A DNA stretch of 64,000 nucleotides from Oligoflexales bacterium (lineage in GTDB: Bacteria > Bdellovibrionota_B > Oligoflexia > Oligoflexales > JALZUQ01): the NCBI GenBank assembly GCA_023301465.1, contig JALZUQ010000013.1:3286-67285 (forward strand). Direction: 5' to 3'. The position numbers and the translations under genes were made by a program. Shown here piece by piece: positions 10,876 to 19,744 of the stretch (the first letter of the stretch is position 1; each line of letters opens with the position of its first letter). Below the pieces are notes generated by a model that did not search any database, was not told the origin of the DNA, and was given only the letters and a program-made list of their open reading frames with translations.

Positions 10876-11795
10876 ACATGATCACACAAAAGATTCAGTC
10901 ATTAAAAAACCAAACTCTTCCAAGTAGTAAAGATCTAGGCGACAATATCGACTTAAAAAAACACCCTAAAACATATAAAGGGAAAGTTCGAGACATTATC
11001 ATTCATGACGATCATTTAGAAATGCACCATTCTGATAGACTTTCTGCATTTGATAGAGCTATTTGTGATGTACCTTATAAGGGGATCATATTATGTGAAC
11101 TCACTAAATTTTGGTTTGAACATATGGAATCAAAGGGCATACCAACCCACTTGATCTCTCAACCTGGCCCGAGAACTCTCAAAGTAAAAAACTGCACTCC
11201 TTTTAAAATCGAGGTTATTATTCGAGGCTACCTTGCGGGCAGTATGCAACGAGCATACTTAAAAGGTGACAGAGAGATATGTGGCCTTACTATCCCAGAA
11301 GGTTTAAATAAGTTTCAAAAACTCCCAGAACCTCTCATTACCCCAACAACAAAAGCTGCTGTCTATGAGCATGATGAAAACATATCTGAAGAGAACCTAC
11401 TAAAAGAAGGCCTTGCCACTCCTGAGGAATGGAAAACCATTAAAGACATGGCATTAAAGGTTTATGAATACGGCCGTATCCACTGCGAAGAAAAAGGCTG
11501 GATACTTGTAGATACAAAGTATGAATTTGGCAAAACTTCTGATGGAAAAATTGTTATTATTGATGAAGTCCATACACCAGACTCCTCAAGGTTTTGGCAA
11601 AAAGAAACCTATGAGCAAAGACTGAAAGAAGACAAAGAACCTGTGATGTTTGACAAAGAATTTATCCGAAAAGAACTATTAGCAAAAGGTTTTGATGGTC
11701 ATGGTGATGTTCCAGAGATTGAAACAAGCCTCATCTGGGAGCTTGCAAATCGTTATGTTGGAATTACAAATGAGCTTGTAGGTCACTCTATATAG
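10872..11795 (+). CDS. purC: Phosphoribosylaminoimidazole-succinocarboxamide (SAICAR) synthase
   Basis: 307 aa with SDRLSAFD, ILVDTKYEFG and the PDSSRFW motif. The ATGA overlap with the rodA stop and the upstream GAAGGAG indicate translational coupling. Confidence 0.9.
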   Translation: MNMITQKIQSLKNQTLPSSKDLGDNIDLKKHPKTYKGKVRDIIIHDDHLEMHHSDRLSAFDRAICDVPYKGIILCELTKFWFEHMESKGIPTHLISQPGPRTLKVKNCTPFKIEVIIRGYLAGSMQRAYLKGDREICGLTIPEGLNKFQKLPEPLITPTTKAAVYEHDENISEENLLKEGLATPEEWKTIKDMALKVYEYGRIHCEEKGWILVDTKYEFGKTSDGKIVIIDEVHTPDSSRFWQKETYEQRLKEDKEPVMFDKEFIRKELLAKGFDGHGDVPEIETSLIWELANRYVGITNELVGHSI

Positions 11796-11798
11796 TAC

Positions 11799-12839
11799 TT
11801 ATTTTTTTAATGCGTTTTTTAAAATTGTGGCACGTTGAAGAATAAGTTCAATGTGCCTTTTTTGAAAAACAGGTTTTGAAAATATTGCCTCAAGTTTTTT
11901 AAGGCTTAGATTATCAAGACCTTTTAGACTTGGGTTCTCGGTGTAATCTGTCACAGCCACCCTTCTACTACTGATTTTATTTTGAACCCAAATAAAACCA
12001 CGCCACCGCACATAGTTTAACTCTTTATTTGGCATGTAACGTATGTATTTATAAAAAGATAAGATCAAACTCTCAGCCCAATAAGGCGAAAAGACTTCTC
12101 GTAACTCTTCTAAAGTTGGATCGTTTAAAGTTGAAAATTTATCAAAAGGAAAACTATTTAAGCCGTCTAAATTGGTTTTTACATCAACCCAATTGCCTCT
12201 TCTCAAAAATGGAAAGCCACCATACTGTACGTGCTGTATAATACGAATCACCTCAAAATCAAACATGGTCAAACGATTATTTTTATCTACAAGCATATTA
12301 TTTTTATGATTATCATACTGACCTATGACAAAAGAAAATATATTCATGTCACTAAAATCTTTTTTTGAAACCGCCGATTGAATATCACTCAGCGTTGTCT
12401 TTTCACTCATTAGCTTTGGATTGCCTTCTACAAAAAACTGAAGAGTATACCACTTGCCATCAATTTTTCTTTGCACTGTAGGAGGAACTAAATCCAAACC
12501 TAAAAAATTATTTAATTGATATGCCGAAACCTCGGCAACACCCTCTTCATTACCATTATCTCTTTTTACAGCAAACACACCGTTACCCATATCTACAAGG
12601 TAAACATGCGACGCAGCATCGTATTCAAAACCCTTTGATTCTAAATGTTCTTTAAGTGATACCGTTTTTTGTATTTTTGACTTCAATAATACTTGTTCTA
12701 ATTTAAGCTCTGAAAAGTCTTTATGCCAGCGAGATTTTTGTTGGATGGTTTCATTCATTTTATTTTGACAAGTCATAGCAACAACACAGGTAAAGCTTTG
12801 CATAGAGCATAAAAAAATGATTATTTTTAAAGACACCAC
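11799..12839 (-). CDS. Exported PI3K/PI4K-fold (HipA-related) kinase-like protein
   Basis: 346 aa with a hydrophobic N-terminus (IIIFLCSMQSFTCVVA). GVFAVKRDN...EVSAYQLNNFLGLDLVPPTV...LQFFVEG resembles the nucleotide-binding lobe. GQYDNHKNNMLVDKNNRLTMFDFE resembles the G-x-x-D-R-H-x-x-N ... x-D-F-G catalytic and activation segments. Confidence 0.45.
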   Translation of the reverse strand: MVSLKIIIFLCSMQSFTCVVAMTCQNKMNETIQQKSRWHKDFSELKLEQVLLKSKIQKTVSLKEHLESKGFEYDAASHVYLVDMGNGVFAVKRDNGNEEGVAEVSAYQLNNFLGLDLVPPTVQRKIDGKWYTLQFFVEGNPKLMSEKTTLSDIQSAVSKKDFSDMNIFSFVIGQYDNHKNNMLVDKNNRLTMFDFEVIRIIQHVQYGGFPFLRRGNWVDVKTNLDGLNSFPFDKFSTLNDPTLEELREVFSPYWAESLILSFYKYIRYMPNKELNYVRWRGFIWVQNKISSRRVAVTDYTENPSLKGLDNLSLKKLEAIFSKPVFQKRHIELILQRATILKNALKK

Positions 12840-13002
12840 AACTCCAAGTCTTAATTTTGCTGGTTTATCTCATCAAAAAAAGACTCTGTCGAATAATTTC
12901 AGTTAACTAACTAAGTTCATTAGTAATTAAATTTAATATTTTTTGTATACGAAGCCCACATAATATTGGTACTGAAAACGAAATCTTAAATGGAGCCTTC
13001 TG

Positions 13003-13233
13003 ATGAAAACCTTACTTACGATACTATTAACCTTTTTCGCACTACTTGCATTTAACAGTTGTGGTGATGACGAAATGTCATCGAGCAGTTTTTCATCTTC
13101 ATGTTGTTTAAACGGTCAATTTTATGATTGCCCTACTTCAGCAGCAATGGATACATGTAATTTTATTGACTCTGGATCAGAGTGTACCAGAACCCCATCA
13201 AAAGATAACTCTTGTGAAAGCCTTATTTTTTAG
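13003..13233 (+). CDS. Small Cys-rich lipoprotein (76 aa)
   Basis: GGAG Shine-Dalgarno upstream and a signal peptide with lipobox LAFNSC. The mature ~57-aa peptide has 7 Cys and a Ser-rich stretch. Confidence 0.5.
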   Translation: MKTLLTILLTFFALLAFNSCGDDEMSSSSFSSSCCLNGQFYDCPTSAAMDTCNFIDSGSECTRTPSKDNSCESLIF

Positions 13234-13244
13234 AAAACCTCCAC

Positions 13245-13616
13245 GTGAATACTTTTCTAGTTTTACACATCGTCACCATCACACCATGTCTTGTTATTGG
13301 TCCTTTTATTCTTTTTAGAATTAAAGGAGACCGGTTTCACAAAATATTAGGAAGAACATGGGCTACACTGATGCTGATCAGTTGCATACTTTCTTTTGGG
13401 GTTCGCTCAGAAGAAAACCTCACTTGGCTTCACGGCTTAGCTGCTTTTACGATTTACCAATTACTCAAAGGTATTTGTAATGCACGCAATCACAATATGA
13501 ATGGCCATAGAAGAAACATGGTCGGCTCATACATCAGAAGCTTAGTTGCTTTTATCTTTACACTACAACCAACTCGATTCATTGGCGGTCAACTGTTTAA
13601 ACTATTTGGTTTTTGA
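13245..13616 (+). CDS. Small polytopic membrane protein (DUF2306-like pattern)
   Basis: 123 aa with a GTG start and 3-4 predicted TM helices. LHIVTITPCLVIGPFILFR...HKILGRTW resembles the DUF2306 N-terminal signature. Confidence 0.4.
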   Translation: MNTFLVLHIVTITPCLVIGPFILFRIKGDRFHKILGRTWATLMLISCILSFGVRSEENLTWLHGLAAFTIYQLLKGICNARNHNMNGHRRNMVGSYIRSLVAFIFTLQPTRFIGGQLFKLFGF

Positions 13617-13716
13617 ATACCGTAAAACCATTGCCAGCCCATTACTTAGTCAATTAAAGTGTGTTTTACTCGTATCTATTGCTAAATTGACCCTCCACTG
13701 CTATCAAACAACCCAA

Positions 13717-13737
13717 TTGAGAATGATTATCAATAAA
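13717..13737 (+). promoter_or_regulatory. Candidate Fur-family operator
   Basis: TTGAGAATGATTATCAATAAA is an imperfect palindrome (14/17 self-complementary). It matches 14 of 19 positions of the E. coli Fur consensus GATAATGATAATCATTATC. It ends 10 nt upstream of the ATG of a His-rich exported protein. The AT-rich background raises the chance of a random match. Confidence 0.25.
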
Positions 13738-13746
13738 GGTTACTCC

Positions 13747-15075
13747 ATGAAAACAAAACTTAACGCACTCGTCTTTATTTTGAGCTTAATACTAACTATG
13801 ACGACCCCAGCCGAAAATACATACGCACACGGAGACCATGACCACGATGAACACAAAGAAGAGATGCTTATTAGCTATCTTTCTGGTGCAAGCAGTCAAA
13901 TCCAAGAAGTCCAAAACAACTCTCTGTTAAGCCCCAAAGAAAAAATGTTGATGGCAACAGAAATTCTCATCGACTCACTTCCCCAAGCTCACGAGCATGC
14001 GTGCTCTGGAAATTGCAAAGATAAAAAAGCCGTGGGCTTTAAGGGTTCTTTAGCTAAATTTGGAAAATTTATTATCCAACTACCAAAAGCAGCTAGAAAA
14101 TCTATTGCTACTGGACTTAAAGGAGCTCTTGATTTTGCTGTAGAACCTAACATGTTTGGTAAAGTCGAACATATAATCACCTCACTAAAAAGAAAAGGCC
14201 ATACTAGAGTTGCAGAGCTTTGGCATCGTCATGGAATGATCTCAACCTTCTTTGTTGCAACCATCATTGGGGTTACTTACTTTCCTTACACAATCGTTAC
14301 TGAGTTTGCTGAGTCTTTAGTTTTAGGCCCTGCTCATGTTTGGTGTACTTTCTTTCAGATGCAATACTTGATGGGAGTCACATACTCTTTAAAATACATT
14401 GATACATTTGCTCTCATCATAAATTACCTTGTCAAAAAAAGGTTGAAGTCGCCTTATCATTTCCTCGATAACTCGTTGAACCTAACATTCATCGACCTAG
14501 AATTAAAGATAGCCCTTGAAGTCAGCCAAGAAACCCAAGCAAAGCAAGTTCAAAAAATTGCAGATATATCGAATGATTTTATTAGTTTAAAAACAAAACC
14601 ATTTCTCAAAAAAATTGCAATTCATACAAAGGATATCAATCAAAAAAAAATAATCAGAAAATTTCGAGAATTTTTTGATTCACAAATTATCATGGCAAGA
14701 CTTTGGCACGACAACTTAATGTTTATGGGTGAGTCCTTAAGGGAGTTAGTACAAATTCGATATAATGAAGCCATTCATGAAGCCGAAGAACACGTTTTGC
14801 AAACTGTATCTGAAAAAGACATTGATACTGTATTCAGAAAATCTCTTGCAATGGTCAACAAAAGACTGAGAATTATACGAAAACATTATTCTGATTGGGA
14901 AGCATCAGGCAAAGATGATCTACAAAAACGTGAAAAAATTGAAAAAGATTTTATTGAGTTCATAAGAGTAATGACAAATCATGAACCAGATGTCTTTGAC
15001 TTAGACATGTCATTTCAAAACTTTATTGAATTAAGAGACATCGATAAAAAATTGAGTTGCCAATCTGGTTTCTAG
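13747..15075 (+). CDS. Exported His-rich (HGDHDHDEH) membrane-associated protein of unknown function
   Basis: I take ATG 13747 (MKTKLNALVFILSLILTMTTPAENTYA, a signal peptide) as the start. The track start 13546 overlaps the upstream gene. The mature N-terminus is an acidic His cluster, and central hydrophobic helices are present. Confidence 0.5.
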   Translation: MKTKLNALVFILSLILTMTTPAENTYAHGDHDHDEHKEEMLISYLSGASSQIQEVQNNSLLSPKEKMLMATEILIDSLPQAHEHACSGNCKDKKAVGFKGSLAKFGKFIIQLPKAARKSIATGLKGALDFAVEPNMFGKVEHIITSLKRKGHTRVAELWHRHGMISTFFVATIIGVTYFPYTIVTEFAESLVLGPAHVWCTFFQMQYLMGVTYSLKYIDTFALIINYLVKKRLKSPYHFLDNSLNLTFIDLELKIALEVSQETQAKQVQKIADISNDFISLKTKPFLKKIAIHTKDINQKKIIRKFREFFDSQIIMARLWHDNLMFMGESLRELVQIRYNEAIHEAEEHVLQTVSEKDIDTVFRKSLAMVNKRLRIIRKHYSDWEASGKDDLQKREKIEKDFIEFIRVMTNHEPDVFDLDMSFQNFIELRDIDKKLSCQSGF

Positions 15076-15077
15076 TC

Positions 15078-15815
15078 TCACGAGCGTACTAAAACCAAGA
15101 TAATTGCAATCATCATAAACCCCATAAACAACCGTTTACGGAGTACTGGGTCGACACTTATTAAAAAACGGTCACCTAAACTCCTTCCAACAAGTCCGCC
15201 GACTCCAAGAAGAACGCTTTCTAAGATAGCTACGTTTCCTAATGAAAAATGAGTCGTAGAAGAAGCTAGGTTACTCACAAAAATCACAAAAACAGACAAG
15301 AGTGCCGAAGTAGAAAACTTCAAACCAAAATACATCAATGCTGGAACCAATAGAAAACCGCCACCAATTCCAAAAAAGCCCGATAGAAAACCAACAAATT
15401 TTGCAACTATTACAAACTTAAGAACTGTCATCATATCAAAACGGATATCAGCGTCTTTAGAAGGTGGCTTTGAAAGGCTGATGACAAATAAGCTAACGAC
15501 CATAACAGCAATCAAAGACATTAAATGAAATTGCTCAGAAACATACGCCGTTGCAGATGCCCCCAACCAACTTCCAAACATTGCTGGCAGAACCAAAATA
15601 CTTGCAAGTTTGATGTAAGGCTTTAATTGTTCACGCTTTGCAACCAAAATTGAAAGAGCAATCAGTGTAATTGCAAATGAACTACTACCTGTAGCACGTA
15701 CCGAAGTCATGCCCGTTAAAAGCAACATCGGGATGATGATGACTCCACCACCGACACCAAAAAAAATTGCCAGAACCCCCGCAAGGATTCCGACAAGTGG
15801 AAGTATATAAATCAA
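15078..15815 (-). CDS. TauE/SafE-family (DUF81) anion exporter
   Basis: 245 aa with about 7-8 TM helices and duplicated GVGGGVIIIP / GIGGGFLLVP motifs typical of TauE/SafE. Confidence 0.8.
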   Translation of the reverse strand: MIYILPLVGILAGVLAIFFGVGGGVIIIPMLLLTGMTSVRATGSSSFAITLIALSILVAKREQLKPYIKLASILVLPAMFGSWLGASATAYVSEQFHLMSLIAVMVVSLFVISLSKPPSKDADIRFDMMTVLKFVIVAKFVGFLSGFFGIGGGFLLVPALMYFGLKFSTSALLSVFVIFVSNLASSTTHFSLGNVAILESVLLGVGGLVGRSLGDRFLISVDPVLRKRLFMGFMMIAIILVLVRS

Positions 15816-15824
15816 AAAATACTC

Positions 15825-16139
15825 TTATAAGATTGGAGTAATAGGTGGTTTTGGCCTTACTGGCTTTTGCTCTGGTGGTTTTGCAACTGCTTTGGCAGTT
15901 GTTGGAGATTGCAGAGGGTCCATGCTGAAGTCAACATTCTCTGAACCTTCAGGTCTCTTACGGCCCTTGACATAACCTTCAGCAATCTCTCTTAGAGCAG
16001 TCACTTGTTGCTTATTCTTAGATTTGACCTTGGCGTCTCTACCATTCATCAATTGTCTCGCCCGGTTAGAGGCTACTACCACCAATGAAAAGCGGTTATC
16101 CATGAACTTGATGCAATCTTCAATCGAAACTCTTGCCAA
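15825..16139 (-). CDS. rpoZ: DNA-directed RNA polymerase omega subunit
   Basis: (L/M)ARVSIEDCIKFMDNRFSLVVVASNRARQL matches the RpoZ N-terminus. I take TTG 16139, which follows a GAGG Shine-Dalgarno, rather than ATG 16172. Confidence 0.85.
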   Translation of the reverse strand: MARVSIEDCIKFMDNRFSLVVVASNRARQLMNGRDAKVKSKNKQQVTALREIAEGYVKGRKRPEGSENVDFSMDPLQSPTTAKAVAKPPEQKPVRPKPPITPIL

Positions 16140-16309
16140 CGTAAACCTCACAATGTTGAATATTCTGTACATTTATTAAGCAGCGTGTTACTCACTTAAT
16201 GCTATGTAATATCACTTATAGATACCGAGCTCAAGGAGCAATCAGCTCCTCTATCCTTTCGGCAGGATATTACATAGAATGAGGAATAGTCACACGATAT
16301 AGGTAACTT

Positions 16310-17761
16310 ATGCTAAAAAAGCCAATCATCTTCTCTATCTGCATCCAGTTTGCTCTGGCTGTAGGCTGTGCAGACGATGCTCCTAAAACTCGTGAAAGAC
16401 TAATCACCAAACAAGCTGAACTTACAGACGCTCTTCCGATCATCTTTCCAAGAGCAAATAGTGTCGATTGCTCTAATGAAACGTCCCATATCGATAGTGG
16501 CGAAATTTTTTCTTTAACCCAATACCAAGTTACCCCCGACAGCATTATTTTTAACAATATGCTTGGTAGTCCCAGCATTCAAAATTCCATTGTAAAAAAC
16601 ACAAGGATTGGCTCGAAGTGGCAAAGAGAGTGTGGACAACTAAACGAGCACAACGGACTTGCTTGCAAACAAAGCGGAACGAATGTTGAAATAAATTTTC
16701 TTTTAACCGAAACAGGCGGCCTTTTACAAGCATGTGATCGTGTCGTGGATTTTCCTAGAGAATCTCCTGAAGCTGTTGCAGTTACAACAGCACACTACCT
16801 TGAAGAGTCTCACCAAACATTTAAAAGAAATTTTCCAGAACTAAAACTGAAACAAGTTGAGTTAGAGATTTTTCCTATTTTTGAATCCATTTTTGACTTC
16901 TTTTATAAACCGGAAGAAAGACAAACCACTCTTGGTTACTACGACGCAAACAATCTAGCTTACCTCCCAAACCAACAAAAAATTGCTGTTTACCCCGTCA
17001 AAGAAAAATCGTCTGTGTATCTTTGGGATTCAAGATTTCCTGCGTGGCATGAAATGGCTCACCACATTGATTTTGCTACCTCTAAAAGATACCGAGATTG
17101 CAGCATAGGTATCAATGAGATCGGTTCTGACTCTGGTCATTTAAGCCGAAAAGTTTGTGGTGCAGAAGCAGAAGCTCTAGCTGATCTCCTTGCATTTGCA
17201 ACTGGGCCTAATTTAGAAGATCACTTATATGGGCTAAAATGCCTTGACGCATTACGTAATATCAAAGACGGCACTTTTAAAAACACCGATACAAAAGTTC
17301 TTAATAACAATATACTTTCATACTTCTACGAGCAAACAGGCTTTAACCTCAAAGAACAAACACATGATGAAGATGCATTTGGAAACCAAGTACGCACATG
17401 TGAAAGACCTGACTATAGAGAGATTCACACTCTTGGTGCCATTCAAGGACATCATATTTATGCACTCTCGATGTTAGCTATACGAGCATTCAATATTCAA
17501 AGTGAATTAGAACGATCTGACTTCTTATATAAAACTGTCGTTCGTATGATGCGTAGACTTAATAAAAACTATAGAAATATCCCTCTTCAAGGCCTAGGCA
17601 GAATATACTATGTATTTCAAAATGTTATAAATCAAACCATAAAACAATCTTCATTAAACCCTGAAGCAAAGCAAGCATTGAAGATTGAAATATGCAGAAA
17701 ATCTAGAAAACAAATACAAGATGTTGGCTTTAACGTGTTTCAAAATTGGTGTAGTAACTAA
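16310..17761 (+). CDS. Lipoprotein with HExxH zinc-metallopeptidase motif
   Basis: 483 aa with lipobox LAVGC and the motif PAWHEMAHHIDF (HEMAH). I recognise no further family-level similarity. Confidence 0.45.
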   Translation: MLKKPIIFSICIQFALAVGCADDAPKTRERLITKQAELTDALPIIFPRANSVDCSNETSHIDSGEIFSLTQYQVTPDSIIFNNMLGSPSIQNSIVKNTRIGSKWQRECGQLNEHNGLACKQSGTNVEINFLLTETGGLLQACDRVVDFPRESPEAVAVTTAHYLEESHQTFKRNFPELKLKQVELEIFPIFESIFDFFYKPEERQTTLGYYDANNLAYLPNQQKIAVYPVKEKSSVYLWDSRFPAWHEMAHHIDFATSKRYRDCSIGINEIGSDSGHLSRKVCGAEAEALADLLAFATGPNLEDHLYGLKCLDALRNIKDGTFKNTDTKVLNNNILSYFYEQTGFNLKEQTHDEDAFGNQVRTCERPDYREIHTLGAIQGHHIYALSMLAIRAFNIQSELERSDFLYKTVVRMMRRLNKNYRNIPLQGLGRIYYVFQNVINQTIKQSSLNPEAKQALKIEICRKSRKQIQDVGFNVFQNWCSN

Positions 17762-17773
17762 GGGAAACACTCT

Positions 17774-19207
17774 ATGATAAAAAAAGCATCTTGGCATATC
17801 ATTGCCCTGAGTTTACCTGTTCTATTTTTTTTACTTTGGATTCTAGGTGCTAGTAGTTACGAGCTAACAGTATGCTTTTGTGGGTGGTTGGTCTTATGGT
17901 GGATCATAGAGTATATCCCAATGGGAATCACTGCACTATTACCTCTTGTCATTCTTTCTCTTGCTGGCTTAGAAAATATAAAAAATGTAGCTTCATCTTA
18001 CAGTAAGCCTATTCTCTTTTTATTTTTAGGTGGGTTTGTGATTGGAAGGGCACTTGAAAAAACAGAACTCAACAAACGCATTGCACTGCTTGTTCTTAAA
18101 AAGGTTGGATCTTCAGCAACTGGTATTTTAGTTGGGTTTTGTTTTGTGACTGCTTGTCTTAGTATGTTTGTAAGCAACACTGCAACAACGGTGCTCATGC
18201 TTCCTATTGTTGGTTCGGTTCTTGGTTTTCTGCTTGTACAAAAAAACACGCCCTCGGTTGAAGTCTCGAAGTTCTCAACACCCTTATATCTTGCTATAGC
18301 TTATAGTGCCAACATTGGTGGTACGCTCACACCGATTGGAACTCCTCCAACAGTCGTTTTTTTAGGTTATCTAGAAGAGCTTTATCAAATTCAGATTGGT
18401 TTTGGACAGTGGATGGCAATCACAGCTCCTGCTGGTATCTTATTTCTCGTTTTTATGATCTTTTTTTTACAATGGCTATTCCCTTTCAATATCAACATCC
18501 CGAAATCTTTTAAAGAGTACCTTCAAAAACAATACAAAAACCTCGGTAAAATAACACCAAGACAAACATATACGTTGGTGGTTTTTATAACTGCAGCTTT
18601 ACTTTGGATTTTTAAAGGCTTCATTCTTAAACTATTACCTGGACTACAGCTACGTGATGAAATTGTTGCACTTGGTGCTGCAGTTTTACTCTTTTTACCT
18701 ATTCTTAAACAAGATAAAAAAGTTATCAGTGGTGTTTTAGACCAAAGCGATATTGGAAAACTGCCGTGGAATATTTTTTTGTTGTTTGGCGGTGGAATGG
18801 CATTAGCACAACAAATGTCAGGTGCCGGAATTATCAAGCAAATTGCAAATCAAGCACAAGCATTTGACGGGACTTCAGCTTTTTGGATTATGGTTTTTTG
18901 TGCGGTGGCAGTATTACTACTGACAGAAGTTATGAGTAATGTAGCTCTTGTTGTAGTCGCACTACCAATCTTATTAAAAATGGGAGAAGAAATGGGACTT
19001 TCTCCAGCTCTCATTGCACTGCCTGCAACCATATGTGCTAGCTTAGCTTTTTGCTTACCCATCTCAACACCTCCAAATGCTATTGTATTTGCTTCTGGAG
19101 CTATCAAACCAAATCAAATGCTTAAGGCAGGCATTGTATTGAATGCAATTGGACTACTATTAACCGTGTCCTTAAGCTATTGGTTGGCTACTTTGATACT
19201 TGGGTAG
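17774..19207 (+). CDS. DASS/SLC13-family Na+-coupled anion (sulfate/dicarboxylate) symporter
   Basis: 477 aa and polytopic. It has duplicated SNTA-type hairpin motifs (FVSNTATTVLMLPI; EVMSNVALVVVALPI) typical of DASS transporters. Confidence 0.85.
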   Translation: MIKKASWHIIALSLPVLFFLLWILGASSYELTVCFCGWLVLWWIIEYIPMGITALLPLVILSLAGLENIKNVASSYSKPILFLFLGGFVIGRALEKTELNKRIALLVLKKVGSSATGILVGFCFVTACLSMFVSNTATTVLMLPIVGSVLGFLLVQKNTPSVEVSKFSTPLYLAIAYSANIGGTLTPIGTPPTVVFLGYLEELYQIQIGFGQWMAITAPAGILFLVFMIFFLQWLFPFNINIPKSFKEYLQKQYKNLGKITPRQTYTLVVFITAALLWIFKGFILKLLPGLQLRDEIVALGAAVLLFLPILKQDKKVISGVLDQSDIGKLPWNIFLLFGGGMALAQQMSGAGIIKQIANQAQAFDGTSAFWIMVFCAVAVLLLTEVMSNVALVVVALPILLKMGEEMGLSPALIALPATICASLAFCLPISTPPNAIVFASGAIKPNQMLKAGIVLNAIGLLLTVSLSYWLATLILG

Positions 19208-19306
19208 TTTTTCCAAACTACATACCAAATCTTAAGGTTGCTTTATTAAACTCTTAGATAAACATACTATAATTCAAACAATCAACCTCCAAAAGATTCA
19301 ACTGCC

Positions 19307-19726
19307 ATGAAAACTATAATTTTGATTTTTATATCTTTGTTTATTGTAGCGGCCCACTCACCAAAAAAACAATATTCAAAACTGGCCTGAATTTTATACT
19401 GAACTACAAAATTCTTTACGTTCAAAAGATGAAAAAAATCTAAACTCATTGATTAAATACGGTTTCATGCTTGAATAAAAAGAGGATCCTTAAAGCTAAT
19501 CCCAGCAGAAGTACAAGAGGTGTTATTAAAATCGAAGACCAGTGATTTTAACACACAAGACACTACCAGTAAAACAGATTCAAACTCTTTAGAAGAAAGG
19601 CACATCACACACGCTGCTGATGAACAATACAAAAAAGACCTCGATTGCTTTGCCAGCATTATTTATCTGTATATTGTAAAGTATGAAACTGGTTATAAGA
19701 TTATTGGTTTATTGGCTGCAGGTTAA
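19307..19726 (+). pseudogene. Small exported protein gene broken by two compensating frameshifts
   Basis: ATG 19307 gives MKTIILIFISLFIVAAHSPKK.. and hits a stop at 19388. The coding signal continues in the +1 frame (NWPEFYTELQNSLRSKDEKNLNSLIKYGFMLE). It then returns to the original frame (KRGSLKLIPAEVQEVLLKSK...YIVKYETGYKIIGLLAAG*). The switches coincide with A7 (19363-19369) and A5 (19477-19481) runs. Confidence 0.4.
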
Positions 19727-19744
19727 CTGATTCAACTTCAATCT

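Noticed and set aside
13546-13746. N-terminal 67-aa extension of the His-rich protein ORF
   Set aside because: It overlaps the end of the upstream membrane-protein gene. A textbook signal peptide begins at the internal ATG 13747.
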